Assembly: GCF_001194135.2 (NCBI RefSeq)
Contig: NC_068999.1
Span: 5,039,591 to 5,103,590 of the forward strand
DNA from: Octopus bimaculoides
Lineage: Eukaryota
Length of the DNA stretch: 64,000 bases
Direction: 5' to 3'
Shown here: piece by piece, positions 25,481 through 36,904 of the stretch
How the letters are laid out: every line of letters starts with the position of its first letter
Position numbering within the stretch: the first letter of the stretch is position 1
Notes under the pieces: model-generated
Seen by the model: only the letters and a program-made list of their open reading frames with translations
Told to the model about the DNA's origin: nothing
Database searches by the model: none
Program-made: the position numbers and the translations under genes

Positions 25481-26436
25481 TACTATTTATTTCTTTATGT
25501 ATGGACGTCCTTAGTTGTCGGGTCTATAAAGTTCTCCTGATGTACAATCACTTCGTGAGAGTGTACATGCCGTCAATAAGCTTCGAATAGTTCCTAGTTG
25601 TTATTTTCTCTTTTAATCACCACATACTGAAGGATTATTAATTTTTTTTTCTAACAGATTTTACAAAAGAGGTAAAAAAAAAAAATATTAATGCAGCACC
25701 AAGTGCTTCAATTGGTCGCACACCACAAGGTCCGATGGAATCTATTGAAGGAAGCCGCCGATGGCGAGGCTAAGGCATTGGGAAAACCAAGCGCCTTCAT
25801 GGGCATCACCTGACACTTGGGTGAGGCAAACAGCCAATGATGACAAGAACTACATGGTTGGTGGCCCAGTCCTTCCAAACATCTCAAATACCAGCGAGAA
25901 GCAGATAGCTCACTGCCAGATTTCACAGCTCATGAATCACTCCCTTCATCGTCAATCTATGAACTTCTATCCCACCCTCGTATACATATCTAGTCCCATA
26001 CACAAATGTAAATCGATGCTACAGGCAGGCAGACAGAATTCAGAAAATAAAAACACAAATTATGAATATAGTAGAAAGTGAATCATACATGAATGGGAGG
26101 CAGCCTTGTCCTAAATTTATCAAAAATAATAGCAACCTCTGAACAAATAATGCACTTATACCCGATAGAGCTAGGTATGTGATTAAAGATTTAAATAAAC
26201 TGTCAACACCTGAAGTGGCAGCTGTGGTGCAACAACATTATAAATTCAGTATGATATACAAGAAAAACGAAAAGACAAAACGAAGAAGGAAACGTCGGTG
26301 GTTGGTCACTATACGACTGCTACAGTTAACAGCCGAAACTTTATGAAGTAACACCCTTCTGTTTTCACAACAGAGAATATCTGAATATATATAGATAAAT
26401 AAATAGAATGCCTTGCACACGCCTAGAAGGACTTTC

Positions 26437-27002
26437 GGATCTTTTTTAAAACGGGGGCCACATTTTCCATTAACGAAACACTTTGAAACTTGGAACACTG
26501 GTAGAATGTGTCATATAAAACATCTTTTTCTCTTAGTCTTCTTAAAAAAAAAAGAAATCCATAAATTATTCCATGTTAAAGTTGTCGTATTTCTGTAATT
26601 TCAACCAATCACTGACGTCCATTCAGCCGATATACATTAAGTGCCGACTACATAAACAAACGATTCTGAAACAATTAACCCTAACCCTAACCCTAGGGTT
26701 AGAGTTAGGGTTAGGGTTAGGCTTAGGGTTAAAGCAAATTTAAAATGAAAAAAGCAAATAAAACGAAGAATCGTTTGTTTATGTAGTCGGCACTTAATGT
26801 ATATCGGCTGAGTGGACGTCAGTGATTGGTTGAAATTATCGAAATAAGACAATTTTTTACATGAAATAAATTCGAATACAAAAATATTTTTCTGTTCTAT
26901 AACACAAAATAGATAAGTATACGAAGTTTGAAAGTCTTTCGGTACCAAAAACACTACGTAAAACATTAATGAAAAATGTGGCCCCCGTTTTAAAAAAGAT
27001 CC
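26437..27002. mobile_element. Non-autonomous DNA transposon (MITE, 566 bp), Merlin-like; 8-bp TSD; internal inverted repeats and telomeric core
   Basis: TIRs GGATCTTTTTTAAAACGGGGGCCACATTTT(C/T)CATTAA, 37 bp with 1 mismatch. Perfect TSD GGACTTTC at 26429-26436 and 27003-27010. Internal 72-bp inverted arms at 26596-26667 and 26767-26838. (TAACCC)3/(TTAGGG)n core at 26675-26732. Confidence 0.9.
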
Positions 27003-28367
27003 GGACTTTCTAATCAAGTCCGTTTGAACACGACTTTGAAAATATAAACAGTTGGCATGTGCGTGAGAGAGAGAGAAAGAGATAACTGAAATAAACATAC
27101 AAGCAAAAACAAAAAAAAACATACCTTCTCTCTCTCTGTCTCAGTGTGTGTGTGTCACTAAATCCATTCACACACACACGCACCCATGTTGTTATGTGTG
27201 AATGGATTCAATGACACATACTTTACGTACACCTATTGCATACATTTTTTGTACGTATACATGTGCATGTGTGTGTAAGGGAGGGAGAGAGAGAGAGAGA
27301 GAGAAGGTATGTTTTTTTTTTGTTATTGCTTGTTGTTTGCATGCATGTTTATTTCAATTACCTCTCTCTCTCTCACACACATACACACACCAGCAACATT
27401 ACACACGCACACATGCCAACTCCAAAAGAAATCGCGCTCTCTCTATCTCTTTGGCTTTTCCGACGTCATTNNNNNNNNNNNNNNNNNNNNNNNNNNNNNN
27501 NNNNNNNNNNNNNNNNNNNNNNNNNNNNNNNNNNNNNNNNNNNNNNNNNNNNNNNNNNNNNNNNNNNNNNNNNNNNNNNNNNNNNNNNNNNNNNNNNNNN
27601 NNNNNNNNNNNNNNNNNNNNNNNNNNNNNNNNNNNNNNNNNNNNNNNNNNNNNNNNNNNNNNNNNNNNNNNNNNNNNNNNNNNNNNNNNNNNNNNNNNNN
27701 NNNNNNNNNNNNNNNNNNNNNNNNNNNNNNNNNNNNNNNNNNNNNNNNNNNNNNNNNNNNNNNNNNNNNNNNNNNNNNNNNNNNNNNNNNNNNNNNNNNN
27801 NNNNNNNNNNNNNNNNNNNNNNNNNNNNNNNNNNNNNNNNNNNNNNNNNNNNNNNNNNNNNNNNNNNNNNNNNNNNNNNNNNNNNNNNNNNNNNNNNNNN
27901 NNNNNNNNNNNNNNNNNNNNNNNNNNNNNNNNNNNNNNNNNNNNNNNNNNNNNNNNNNNNNNNNNNNNNNNNNNNNNNNNNNNNNNNNNNNNNNNNNNNN
28001 NNNNNNNNNNNNNNNNNNNNNNNNNNNNNNNNNNNNNNNNNNNNNNNNNNNNNNNNNNNNNNNNNNNNNNNNNNNNNNNNNNNNNNNNNNNNNNNNNNNN
28101 NNNNNNNNNNNNNNNNNNNNNNNNNNNNNNNNNNNNNNNNNNNNNNNNNNNNNNNNNNNNNNNNNNNNNNNNCAGACAGATACTTCACTAGCAGTGAGCA
28201 CTTTCACTTCTGACAGCTAATAGCATGATAGTGCCAAAAATTGTATAGGCCTGTGTATTTTTGTGTTTGAGTCCATCGCTCCCCCCCCCCCCTTAGAAAT
28301 ACATAACAAAACACATTACAAACCTTTTAAGGACAATAATATTTAATGAAAGAAATCAACATAATTG

Positions 28368-29231
28368 TCATTTACATGTCGCGATACATTGCAACATTTT
28401 TTGGTATAAATCGCAATTTCGATGTCTGAGACGCCACATCACTTCACAGACGTACGACCCTACCATGGTACGATGTGTGCCGCGGCGACGCTTATTGGAT
28501 GATTTAAGGCAGTTTGGTATGGGGGTCCCATCTTTAGCGAGGATTAACTCAGATTTAGGCTTCGTTGCTTTGTGTCGAAAGTTATAATCTGGCATTTCAG
28601 GCATGTGCGAATAGGTTTGCCATAAGTCACTATACACAGTGGTTCCTGGTACAATACATTCCCGAATGCATTGCTCCAGCGTACCATTGTCTCGATTTGA
28701 CACGGCATAGAGGAACACCTGCTGAGATTCTGGGCACGTACCGCTGAAAACCCACCGCTCCATTGGCTCTTCTAGTTTAAAGAATTTACGTCTTCTATAC
28801 ATTATTTCTTCCAGTTGCACCGTCATCTCGGGACCACCAATCTGCATTGGGTTCTGAAGGAGGTCCTCTGCACACACTTCCCTCAAGAAGTATTTGTAAT
28901 CAACCATACAACCGGAACTTATTCCCAACTCCTCCCCACAAAAACGAGTACATATCATTTCCTTCGCCCAGGAATAAATGAAAACAGCTATGGTTGTTAG
29001 TGAAAGACTGGTACCTTCAAGCCAGGTTCCTTTCCGCACAGACACACTTAATCTACAATTTCTTTTGTTACAACGCCAACAGACGGCTCCACGAACAGTC
29101 AACTTCATCTGATGTCCGTTTTTACATCTTTTAGTCGCCGGTATTATTCCCTTCTCTTGGAAATACCTAGCTCCATCCAGTACTGTCTTTAATTTCTCCC
29201 ACAAACCTTTTAGATTTTCCACACTACTCAT
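28368..29231 (-). CDS. Merlin-superfamily (IS1016/IS1595-ISXO2-like) transposase-derived ORF, 287 aa, uninterrupted, catalytic triad degenerate
   Basis: N-terminal zinc ribbon (C36/H40/C54/C59; WRCNKRNCRLSVSVRKGTW), HTH-like ELGIS, VDYKYFLREVC, IGGPEMTVQLEE (family consensus IGGPGxxVEIDES), WVFSG, PGTTVYSDLWQTY, and GTHRTMVGSYVCEVMWR. ATTAAA lies about 20 nt past the stop (28342-28347). Confidence 0.85.
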   Translation of the reverse strand: MSSVENLKGLWEKLKTVLDGARYFQEKGIIPATKRCKNGHQMKLTVRGAVCWRCNKRNCRLSVSVRKGTWLEGTSLSLTTIAVFIYSWAKEMICTRFCGEELGISSGCMVDYKYFLREVCAEDLLQNPMQIGGPEMTVQLEEIMYRRRKFFKLEEPMERWVFSGTCPESQQVFLYAVSNRDNGTLEQCIRECIVPGTTVYSDLWQTYSHMPEMPDYNFRHKATKPKSELILAKDGTPIPNCLKSSNKRRRGTHRTMVGSYVCEVMWRLRHRNCDLYQKMLQCIATCK

Positions 29232-29242
29232 ATTTTCGCTTA

Positions 29243-29255
29243 GTTGCTATGCAAC
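29243..29255 (-). promoter_or_regulatory. RFX X-box-like palindrome upstream of the Merlin-derived ORF
   Basis: Minus strand GTTGCATAGCAAC fits GTNRC-N(0-3)-RGYAAC and ends 11 bp before the ATG at 29231. Confidence 0.5.
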
Positions 29256-29992
29256 TTAGACGCATAACACACGTCTGGTGCTCAAACGTGTTTTTATTTC
29301 TGTAATGTCACGAAAGTATAAATCTGATTAGTTAAAATTACAAAAAAAGCAAAACAACTTCTTGTTCAGTAATAATGTCTCACAAAAACGTTTGGATTAT
29401 TCTTAATTAACATACAAAATCACATCTGTTTAAAAATGTTGCTAATTGTTCTGTTTACGATCGTAAAAAAAGGAACATAAGTAAATATACCTAAGTATTC
29501 CTTGATGCTAACTCAAACGTGGTAGTAGAATGCACATCACGAGGTAATTAAGTAGGCGACACCTGTTCAAATCAAACAGGGTTTAGTGTTAATTAATTTC
29601 TCCATAAACATCCAGTGTAGTTAGATTCGGTATTTAATACCTGCAAAGTGTAAAATATCCAATTAGTTGCGTCGTTTAATTGTGAAGCGAGGTAGTAATC
29701 CCGAAGCAGTAAATATGATATCTTCTAATCAACAAAGTGTCCTGTCATCTGAACAACAAACCAACAACTGATGGTCACATATCAATGACCCGTCCGGCAA
29801 ATGACCTTTGCCTCTTAAAAAAAACCCCGCGCTTCGACGATGGGTGGAAATTGCCACACGTATCCCTTCGCGACCAGCAGTAGTTGGATGTTTGGGGCGT
29901 AGCACGACTGTGCTATACCGCCACAACAAAATAGTGCTAACATGTCTCACTACACTTTAATGGTTTGAATACTAAAAACTATGTCTGTAAAC

Positions 29993-30098
29993 GGATCTTT
30001 TTTAAAACGGGGGCCACATTTTTCATTAATGTTTTACGTAGTGTTTTTGGTACCGAAAGACTTTCAAACTTCGTATACTTATCTATTTTGTGTTATAG
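29993..30098. mobile_element. Second copy (one end) of the same MITE family, opposite orientation, truncated by an N gap
   Basis: Matches the reverse complement of the right end of 26437-27002 (about 26897-27002) and begins with the same GGATC TIR. Confidence 0.85.
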
Positions 30099-31067
30099 NN
30101 NNNNNNNNNNNNNNNNNNNNNNNNNNNNNNNNNNNNNNNNNNNNNNNNNNNNNNNNNNNNNNNNNNNNNNNNNNNNNNNNNNNNNNNNNNNNNNNNNNNN
30201 NNNNNNNNNNNNNNNNNNNNNNNNNNNNNNNNNNNNNNNNNNNNNNNNNNNNNNNNNNNNNNNNNNNNNNNNNNNNNNNNNNNNNNNNNNNNNNNNNNNN
30301 NNNNNNNNNNNNNNNNNNNNNNNNNNNNNNNNNNNNNNNNNNNNNNNNNNNNNNNNNNNNNNNNNNNNNNNNNNNNNNNNNNNNNNNNNNNNNNNNNNNN
30401 NNNNNNNNNNNNNNNNNNNNNNNNNNNNNNNNNNNNNNNNNNNNNNNNNNNNNNNNNNNNNNNNNNNNNNNNNNNNNNNNNNNNNNNNNNNNNNNNNNNN
30501 NNNNNNNNNNNNNNNNNNNNNNNNNNNNNNNNNNNNNNNNNNNNNNNNNNNNNNNNNNNNNNNNNNNNNNNNNNNNNNNNNNNNNNNNNNNNNNNNNNNN
30601 NNNNNNNNNNNNNNNNNNNNNNNNNNNNNNNNNNNNNNNNNNNNNNNNNNNNNNNNNNNNNNNNNNNNNNNNNNNNNNNNNNNNNNNNNNNNNNNNNNNN
30701 NNNNNNNNNNNNNNNNNNNNNNNNNNNNNNNNNNNNNNNNNNNNNNNNNNNNNNNNNNNNNNNNNNNNNNNNNNNNNNNNNNNNNNNNNNNNNNNNNNNN
30801 NNNNNNNNNNNNNNNNNNNNNNNNNNNNNNNNNNNNNNNNNNNNNNNNNNNNNNNNNNNNNNNNNNNNNNNNNNNNNNNNNNNNNNNNNNNNNNNNNNNN
30901 NNNNNNNNNNNNNNNNNNNNNNNNNNNNNNNNNNNNNNNNNNNNNNNNNNNNNNNNNNNNNNNNNNNNNNNNNNNNNNNNNNNNNNNNNNNNNNNNNNNN
31001 NNNNNNNNNNNNNNNNNNNNNNNNNNNNNNNNNNNNNNNNNNNNNNNNNNNNNNNNNNNNNNNNNNN

Positions 31068-31345
31068 TAAAGCGTCCCCTTTACCTTTGTAGCAGTTGAC
31101 TATGATGCTGCTACACCAGTCATAGGGTATGACTCCTTCGTGTATCACCTGGTTCGTAATACGGGTGACTAGGCTATAGCCAACACTGCCAGATATTTTG
31201 AGCATCTCTGCAGTGATTCCTGATGGGCCGGGGGCTTTCCCGGTCTTCATACTCTTAATTGCTTTATCTACCCTGGTACTATCAACTCGGATAGCTGGTC
31301 CCTCTATTGGGTCGACATAAGGCAGGCTCTCTTTCTCCCATTCAT
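31068..31345 (-). mobile_element. RTE-clade LINE reverse-transcriptase fragment
   Basis: EWEKESLPYVDPIEGPAIRVDSTRVDKAIKSMKTGKAPGPSGITAEMLK...IPYDWCSSIIVNCYKGKGDAL; truncated by gap 30099-31067. Confidence 0.85.
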
Positions 31346-31926
31346 TCTCTTTATTCTCTTTATATAATGTGTATACATATATATTGTTTTCAAAACCTTG
31401 TTTATTTGAGGCATTAAAAAAACCCAGATTGTGCGATATTTTACAAGGTACCATAAACCAAAATGGTTGGTAAAAACCCCAGATCAAAGAATAAAAATCA
31501 GCATTCACTGTCCTGATAAATAAATAACATAGATACACATGATACATACATACATGCGTATGTCCATACATGTATACATACATACATACATACATACATA
31601 CATACATACATACATACATGCGTATGTCCATACACGTATACATACAAACATTATATATAATACAAAATTATTATTTATCATATGCGTTATAAGTATGTCA
31701 ATATATATTTTTTTTATATAAAGCATTTAAAAGAACTTCTTTTCTCATGGAGCATTAGTTTCCAGATGTCTGCAGGACCATATCTGATTAAAACTTCAGC
31801 AGTTGCTTGAATTTATCACCCATTCTTCAAGTAATAAATATTGTGAGAATAGAGATTACAGGAAGCGAAGCAAGACTTCCATTCATTTTCTTTCTCTTTC
31901 TTTCTAAGCAGTTGTTTCTTTGTATC

Positions 31927-34900
31927 TCATGGTAGTTTCTCCTTCCTGTTGACCCAGTTGTAGTAAACTATTTGTACCATTATGACAATATTTAGCAGAA
32001 TGCTGCAGAGAAAGTTCATGGATACTACATGGTCTCCAGTTTCGTACAATGATGTTAAAAGACGAGCTATGAAAACAAAAAAGGAAAAAAAAAAATGTTA
32101 ATAATATTAAAAATAACAATGGTTTCAAATAACAATATGCAATAATAATAATAATAATAATAATCATATGCAATAATAATAATGATTACAAACTTTGCCA
32201 CAAGGGTGGCAATTTTGGGGGAGGGGATGAGTAAACACAGACAAAATTCCGCTAAGCATTTTGCCTGGTGTGTTAACACCTTAATGATAATAATAATTCT
32301 TTCTACTAAAGGCACAAGGCCAGAAATTTTGAGTGGTGGGGGTAAGTCGATTATATTGACCCAGTACTCAACTGGTACTTATTTTATCAACTCTGAAGGG
32401 ATGAAAAGCTAAGTTTGTCCAGCATGGTAACAATTCTGCCAACCCACCACATTAATAATAACAATTATTATTATTATTATTATTATTATTATTTCAAATT
32501 TTCTTCCACAAGGGCAGCTCGTGGGGATGAGTCAATTACATCGACCCTAGTATTCAGCTGGTACTTATTTTATCAACCCCTGAAAGGATGAAAGGCAAAG
32601 TTGACCTCGGTGGAATTTGATGATGATGATGATGATGGATTAGAATCTAAGAAAACAACTTTTTTTTTTTAGAAAAAAATGTTAAATGCCATGGAGTAAA
32701 TTTACCTGTTGAACAAACCGTCGTTGCAAGCCAAGTGGTGAAGCTTAACTGACCAACATCTTTGGACTGGTGCAAGGAATAGATCTGAAGCGATTTACTG
32801 AAGAAAGATATGGGTGTGGCCAATATCTGTTTGAAGTAGACAGGTAGGTAGACACATTTGTATTGAGATAGTATTACTGGTGGTTGCAATGGTGGTCATG
32901 GAAAGATGGTATGGTGGAGCAGGGCATGAGGCAGGCAGTAGATATAGGGGATGTGATGTAGTGATGGCAATAAAGAGGGATCATGACACAGCCGAGGGCC
33001 AGTGCTGTGCGGGTCAATCGAGTGATTAAAGCCTTCCTTCAAAATTCCATGTCATTTATGTTCAAAACATCAACTTAATAATGATGTTATTTTACAAAAT
33101 TCTTCATTATTTTTCAAAATCATCTGAAACAAAAGCAGTGGCTGTGTGGTAAGAAGCTCACTTACCAACCACATGGTTCTGGGTTCAGTCCCACTGCGTG
33201 TCACCTTGGGCAAGTATCTTCTACTATAGCCTAGGGCCAACCAAAGCCTTGTGAGTGGATTTGGTAGATGGAAACTGAAAGAAGCCCATCATATATATAT
33301 TATGCATGTATTTGTGTGTCTGTGTTTGTTCCCCCACCATTGCTTGACAACTGATGTTGGTGTGTTTATGTCCCTGTAACTTAGCAGTTTGGCAAAAGAG
33401 ACCGATAAAATAAGTACTAGGCTTACAAAGAATAGGACCTGGGTCGATTTCTTTGATTAAAGGCGATGCTCCAGCATGGCCGCAGTCAGTTGACTGAAAC
33501 AAGGAAAAGAGTAACAAAAAGTGTAAATAAAAAATAAAGGAGATTGAAAATGAGTGAGACAGAGAGAGACAGACCGGGATCAAGGACGAAGATACAATAC
33601 TTACAATTGCGATTTTTAATACAGCATTTGATATAACTCCAGAAGCTAAGAAAATGCAGCTAAAGAAATAGCTACAAGTATGGTTAAGGAACATAAATTT
33701 ATTCAGTAATAAATTAAGATGTTATCAATAAATGCTACATGCAGTGGGAGTAGAGAAGGCAGATGGAGTGGATAGCATAGGGGACAACCATCCAGAACGT
33801 CTGCAGAAAAACAGGGACATAGAAGGAACCATCTGTGAAATTAGAGATTTTACAGATGTTTTTTATTTCTTTATTGCCCACAAGGAGCTACACACAGAGG
33901 GGACAAACAAGGACAGACAAAGGGATTAAGTCGATTACATCGACACCAGTGCATAACTGGTACTTATTTTATCGACCCCGAAAGGATGAAAGGCAAAGTC
34001 GGCCATGGCAGAATCTGAACTCAGAATGTGGCGGAAGACGAAATACTGCTAAGCATTTCGCCCGGCGTGCTAACGATTCTGCCAGCTCGCCGCCTTTTGG
34101 TCCCTGACCTAGTGGTTACGGGTTCAGTCCCACTATACAGCATCTTTTACTGTAGCTCTGGACTGTGTGTGTGTACGTCCTTGACATCACATGACGTTTG
34201 ATGATAACTGCAAGCAAACAACACCGTCATCATAAATGGTGTCATTCATTTCCTGTTTTCCATGAAAAACATATCTGACCATGGGGCAATATTACCTTGC
34301 TGAGAAACAGTTTAGGGTTGGTGTCAGCAAAAGGACTCTAGCTGTAGAAAATAAAATCTTCCTCAACAAAATCTGTCTGATTCATGCAAGCATGGAAAAG
34401 TGGTGATGGCAATGATGATGATGGTCGTGGTGATGTTGGTGTTGGTGGTGGTCATGATGATGGTGATGATGATGAGGAGGTCAAAGTATGAGCTTAAAAG
34501 GATACACCATGAATCCAGTTACAACTCTCATGTCGAATCTATCATTGTAGTAGAGCAAAATACACAGAAGAATTAAATCTGTAACAAAACAAAAAATACA
34601 ATTGTATTTGAATTATAGCCTGTTGAAAGGTACAATCAAACAAAAATAACCTATATATATATATATATNNNNNNNNNNNNNNNNNNNNNNNNNNNNNNNN
34701 NNNNNNNNNNNNNNNNNNNNNNNNNNNNNNNNNNNNNNNNNNNNNNNNNNNNNNNNNNNNNNNNNNNNNNNNNNNNNNNNNNNNNNNNNNNNNNNNNNNN
34801 NNNNNNNNNNNNNNNNNNNNNNNNNNNNNNNNNNNNNNNNNNNNNNNNNNNNNNNNNNNNNNNNNNNNNNNNNNNNNNNNNNNNNNNNNNNNNNNNNNNN

Positions 34901-34934
34901 NNNNNNNNNNNNNNNNNNNNNNNNNNNNNNNNNN

Positions 34935-34977
<43 letters not shown>

Positions 34978-35866
34978 CATATAGTGTTTTTTGAAGTCTG
35001 TGTTGCGTTGTGTTGACAGACTTGCAATTGAAATTTCCACGTTTTAATCAAAACTTGTTAGTTACTAAGAGGACAACACTACCTACTTATCTATCTTTCG
35101 TTGTATTTCCTTCTCGACAACAACTTTTTCTCTTCCCCTTCTTTCCTCTCTGTACACAAGAGTTGTTAAGGACAGATAGATGGAGATCAGCTTCTCTTTT
35201 GTAAATCAAACGAATGTAGTTTTTCAATAGAAATATGGTAGCAGAAGGGTTAATATTGTAAAATATGTTTCCATATTTTAAAATATATTTATGTTTACTG
35301 TAGGACAATGTTAAGGTTATCATCAAAAATGACTGATGGTAGAATATAAAAAAAGACATAAAAGTTTTAAAAAATAAAGATAAATAGTTTCTTTTTTCTC
35401 ATTTACCTTGTGGCACCAGGAAGATATATTCGGAATAACTAGTGAATGGGTAATTCATGGCAAAATGGTACACCAGAACAATGGAATGGCTGTCAAGAAA
35501 AGATCACGAAAACAAACAGTAAAACAGAAAAATTAATTAATTGATTAATTAATTAATGGAAATAAACAAATAAGTTGCCTCCATTATCATCACCTCCACT
35601 ACTACCATCGCCACCACCACTACCTCATTACCACCACCATTCCTGGAAAAACAAACAAACAAATAAAGAGCAAACAAAAGGTGACCAACTTACCCACAAG
35701 TCTCAGTCAATATTGCCCGCAAACTGACACTTTTGGCCTTCTTAGCGTGAAGAATATTTCTAATCTGTGGCATCTTAATGAACATACTGCACAGAGCAAT
35801 TAAAAAACTAATTATGTAAAAATGGAATGTACTAGAGTCACTGTTATTAATCTCGTAGCCAAACAT
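31927..35866 (-). CDS. SLC66A3: PQ-loop repeat membrane protein, SLC66A3/PQLC3-like (MPDU1 family), about 218 aa, 6 coding exons
   Basis: Minus-strand exons 35866-35694, 35489-35407, 34578-34506, 33671-33605, 32826-32706, 32066-31927 (TGA), all AG/GT and phase-consistent. Protein: MFGYEINNSDSSTFHFYIISFLIALCSMFIKMPQIRNILHAKKAKSVSLRAILTETCGHSIVLVYHFAMNYPFTSYSEYIFLVPQDLILLCILLYYND...ILATPISFFSKSLQIYSLHQSKDVGQLSFTTWLATTVCSTARLLTSLYETGDHVVSMNF. KMPQI is the PQ motif, and YSEYIFLVPQD resembles PQLC3 YLEYPILIAQD. There is an in-frame upstream stop and a 5'UTR acceptor at 35927. The exon-4 acceptor could alternatively start at 33659. The paralogue MPDU1 is not fully excluded. Confidence 0.85.
33135..33515 (+). 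mobile_element. SINE family B (tRNA-like head GGCTGTGTGGTAAGAAG...GGGTTCAGTCCC)
   Basis: Copies at about 1486-1630, 9115-9250, 13630-13690, 40035-40200, 44695-44835, 49443-49570, 59050-59355(-), 62555-62720, 63940-64000(-). Confidence 0.8.
33868..34093 (-). mobile_element. SINE family A (GAGCTGGCAGAATCGTTAGC...GTTCAAAT...GGGGTCGAT), best-preserved copy
   Basis: More than 15 diverged copies, for example about 394-560, 1926-2076, 2138-2330(-), 6836-7035, 10535-10740, 17969-18128(-), 18146-18317, 32330-32445(-), 40360-40560, 56935-57125. It has a B-box-like GAGTTCAAAT. Confidence 0.8.
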
Positions 35867-36269
35867 ATTTAGGCAGTAAATCAGCTTTACACTGGGTTGT
35901 AGAGTTCTTCTTTGTTATAGAAAGATCTGGAATGATGTGTCTCGTGTCAGGAAACCAAAGTTGCAGTGTGTGTATTGCGGAAAATAGACATCATCTGAAA
36001 TAAAAGAAAAAAAAAAAGGAAAATGTTTTTGTAAATATATATATATATGGTTTGTAGACTTTACCTGTTGTTCTTCTGAAATTGATAAACTTCTTAAAAA
36101 TCTCTTGACCATCTCCGGGCAAAACAAAACTACAAGTAGCAGAACCAGCATCAACACCACTGCCACCAGTAAGGTGATGCCCCAGCATGACCGCAGTGCA
36201 ATGACTGAAAGAAAGTTTGCATATGCGTCTGTGCATACACACACACATATATATTCATACACAATACAT

Positions 36270-36301
<32 letters not shown>

Positions 36302-36731
36302 NNNNNNNNNNNNNNNNNNNNNNNNNNNNNNNNNNNNNNNNNNNNNNNNNNNNNNNNNNNNNNNNNNNNNNNNNNNNNNNNNNNNNNNNNNNNNNNNNNN
36401 NNNNNNNNNNNNNNNNNNNNNNNNNNNNNNNNNNNNNNNNNNNNNNNNNNNNNNNNNNNNNNNNNNNNNNNNNNNNNNNNNNNNNNNNNNNNNNNNNNNN
36501 NNNNNNNNNNNNNNNNNNNNNNNNNNNNNNNNNNNNNNNNNNNNNNNNNNNNNNNNNNNNNNNNNNNNNNNNNNNNNNNNNNNNNNNNNNNNNNNNNNNN
36601 NNNNNNNNNNNNNNNNNNNNNNNNNNNNNNNNNNNNNNNNNNNNNNNNNNNNNNNNNNNNNNNNNNNNNNNNNNNNNNNNNNNNNNNNNNNNNNNNNNNN
36701 NNNNNNNNNNNNNNNNNNNNNNNNNNNNNNN

Positions 36732-36779
<48 letters not shown>

Positions 36780-36904
36780 ACATATATATATATGTATACA
36801 TACATATACATATATAATATATACACATATATATGTATGTGTGTGTGTGTGTGTGTGGTGTGTAGTGGCTTAATGCAAGCATGGCATGGATTCGATCCTC
36901 GATC

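Noticed and set aside
25700-26080. GC-richer stretch with a 106-aa ORF
   Set aside because: No recognisable domain or splice context; cannot support a call.
26675-26732. Telomeric repeats as a chromosome-fusion scar
   Set aside because: The orientation is (CCCTAA)n then (TTAGGG)n, opposite to an end-to-end fusion, and it lies inside a TSD-flanked MITE.
35190-35332. QSFLMITLTLSYSKH as SLC66A3 exon 3
   Set aside because: Phase is incompatible with the exon-2 donor; 34578-34506 (DLILLCILLYYND) fits.
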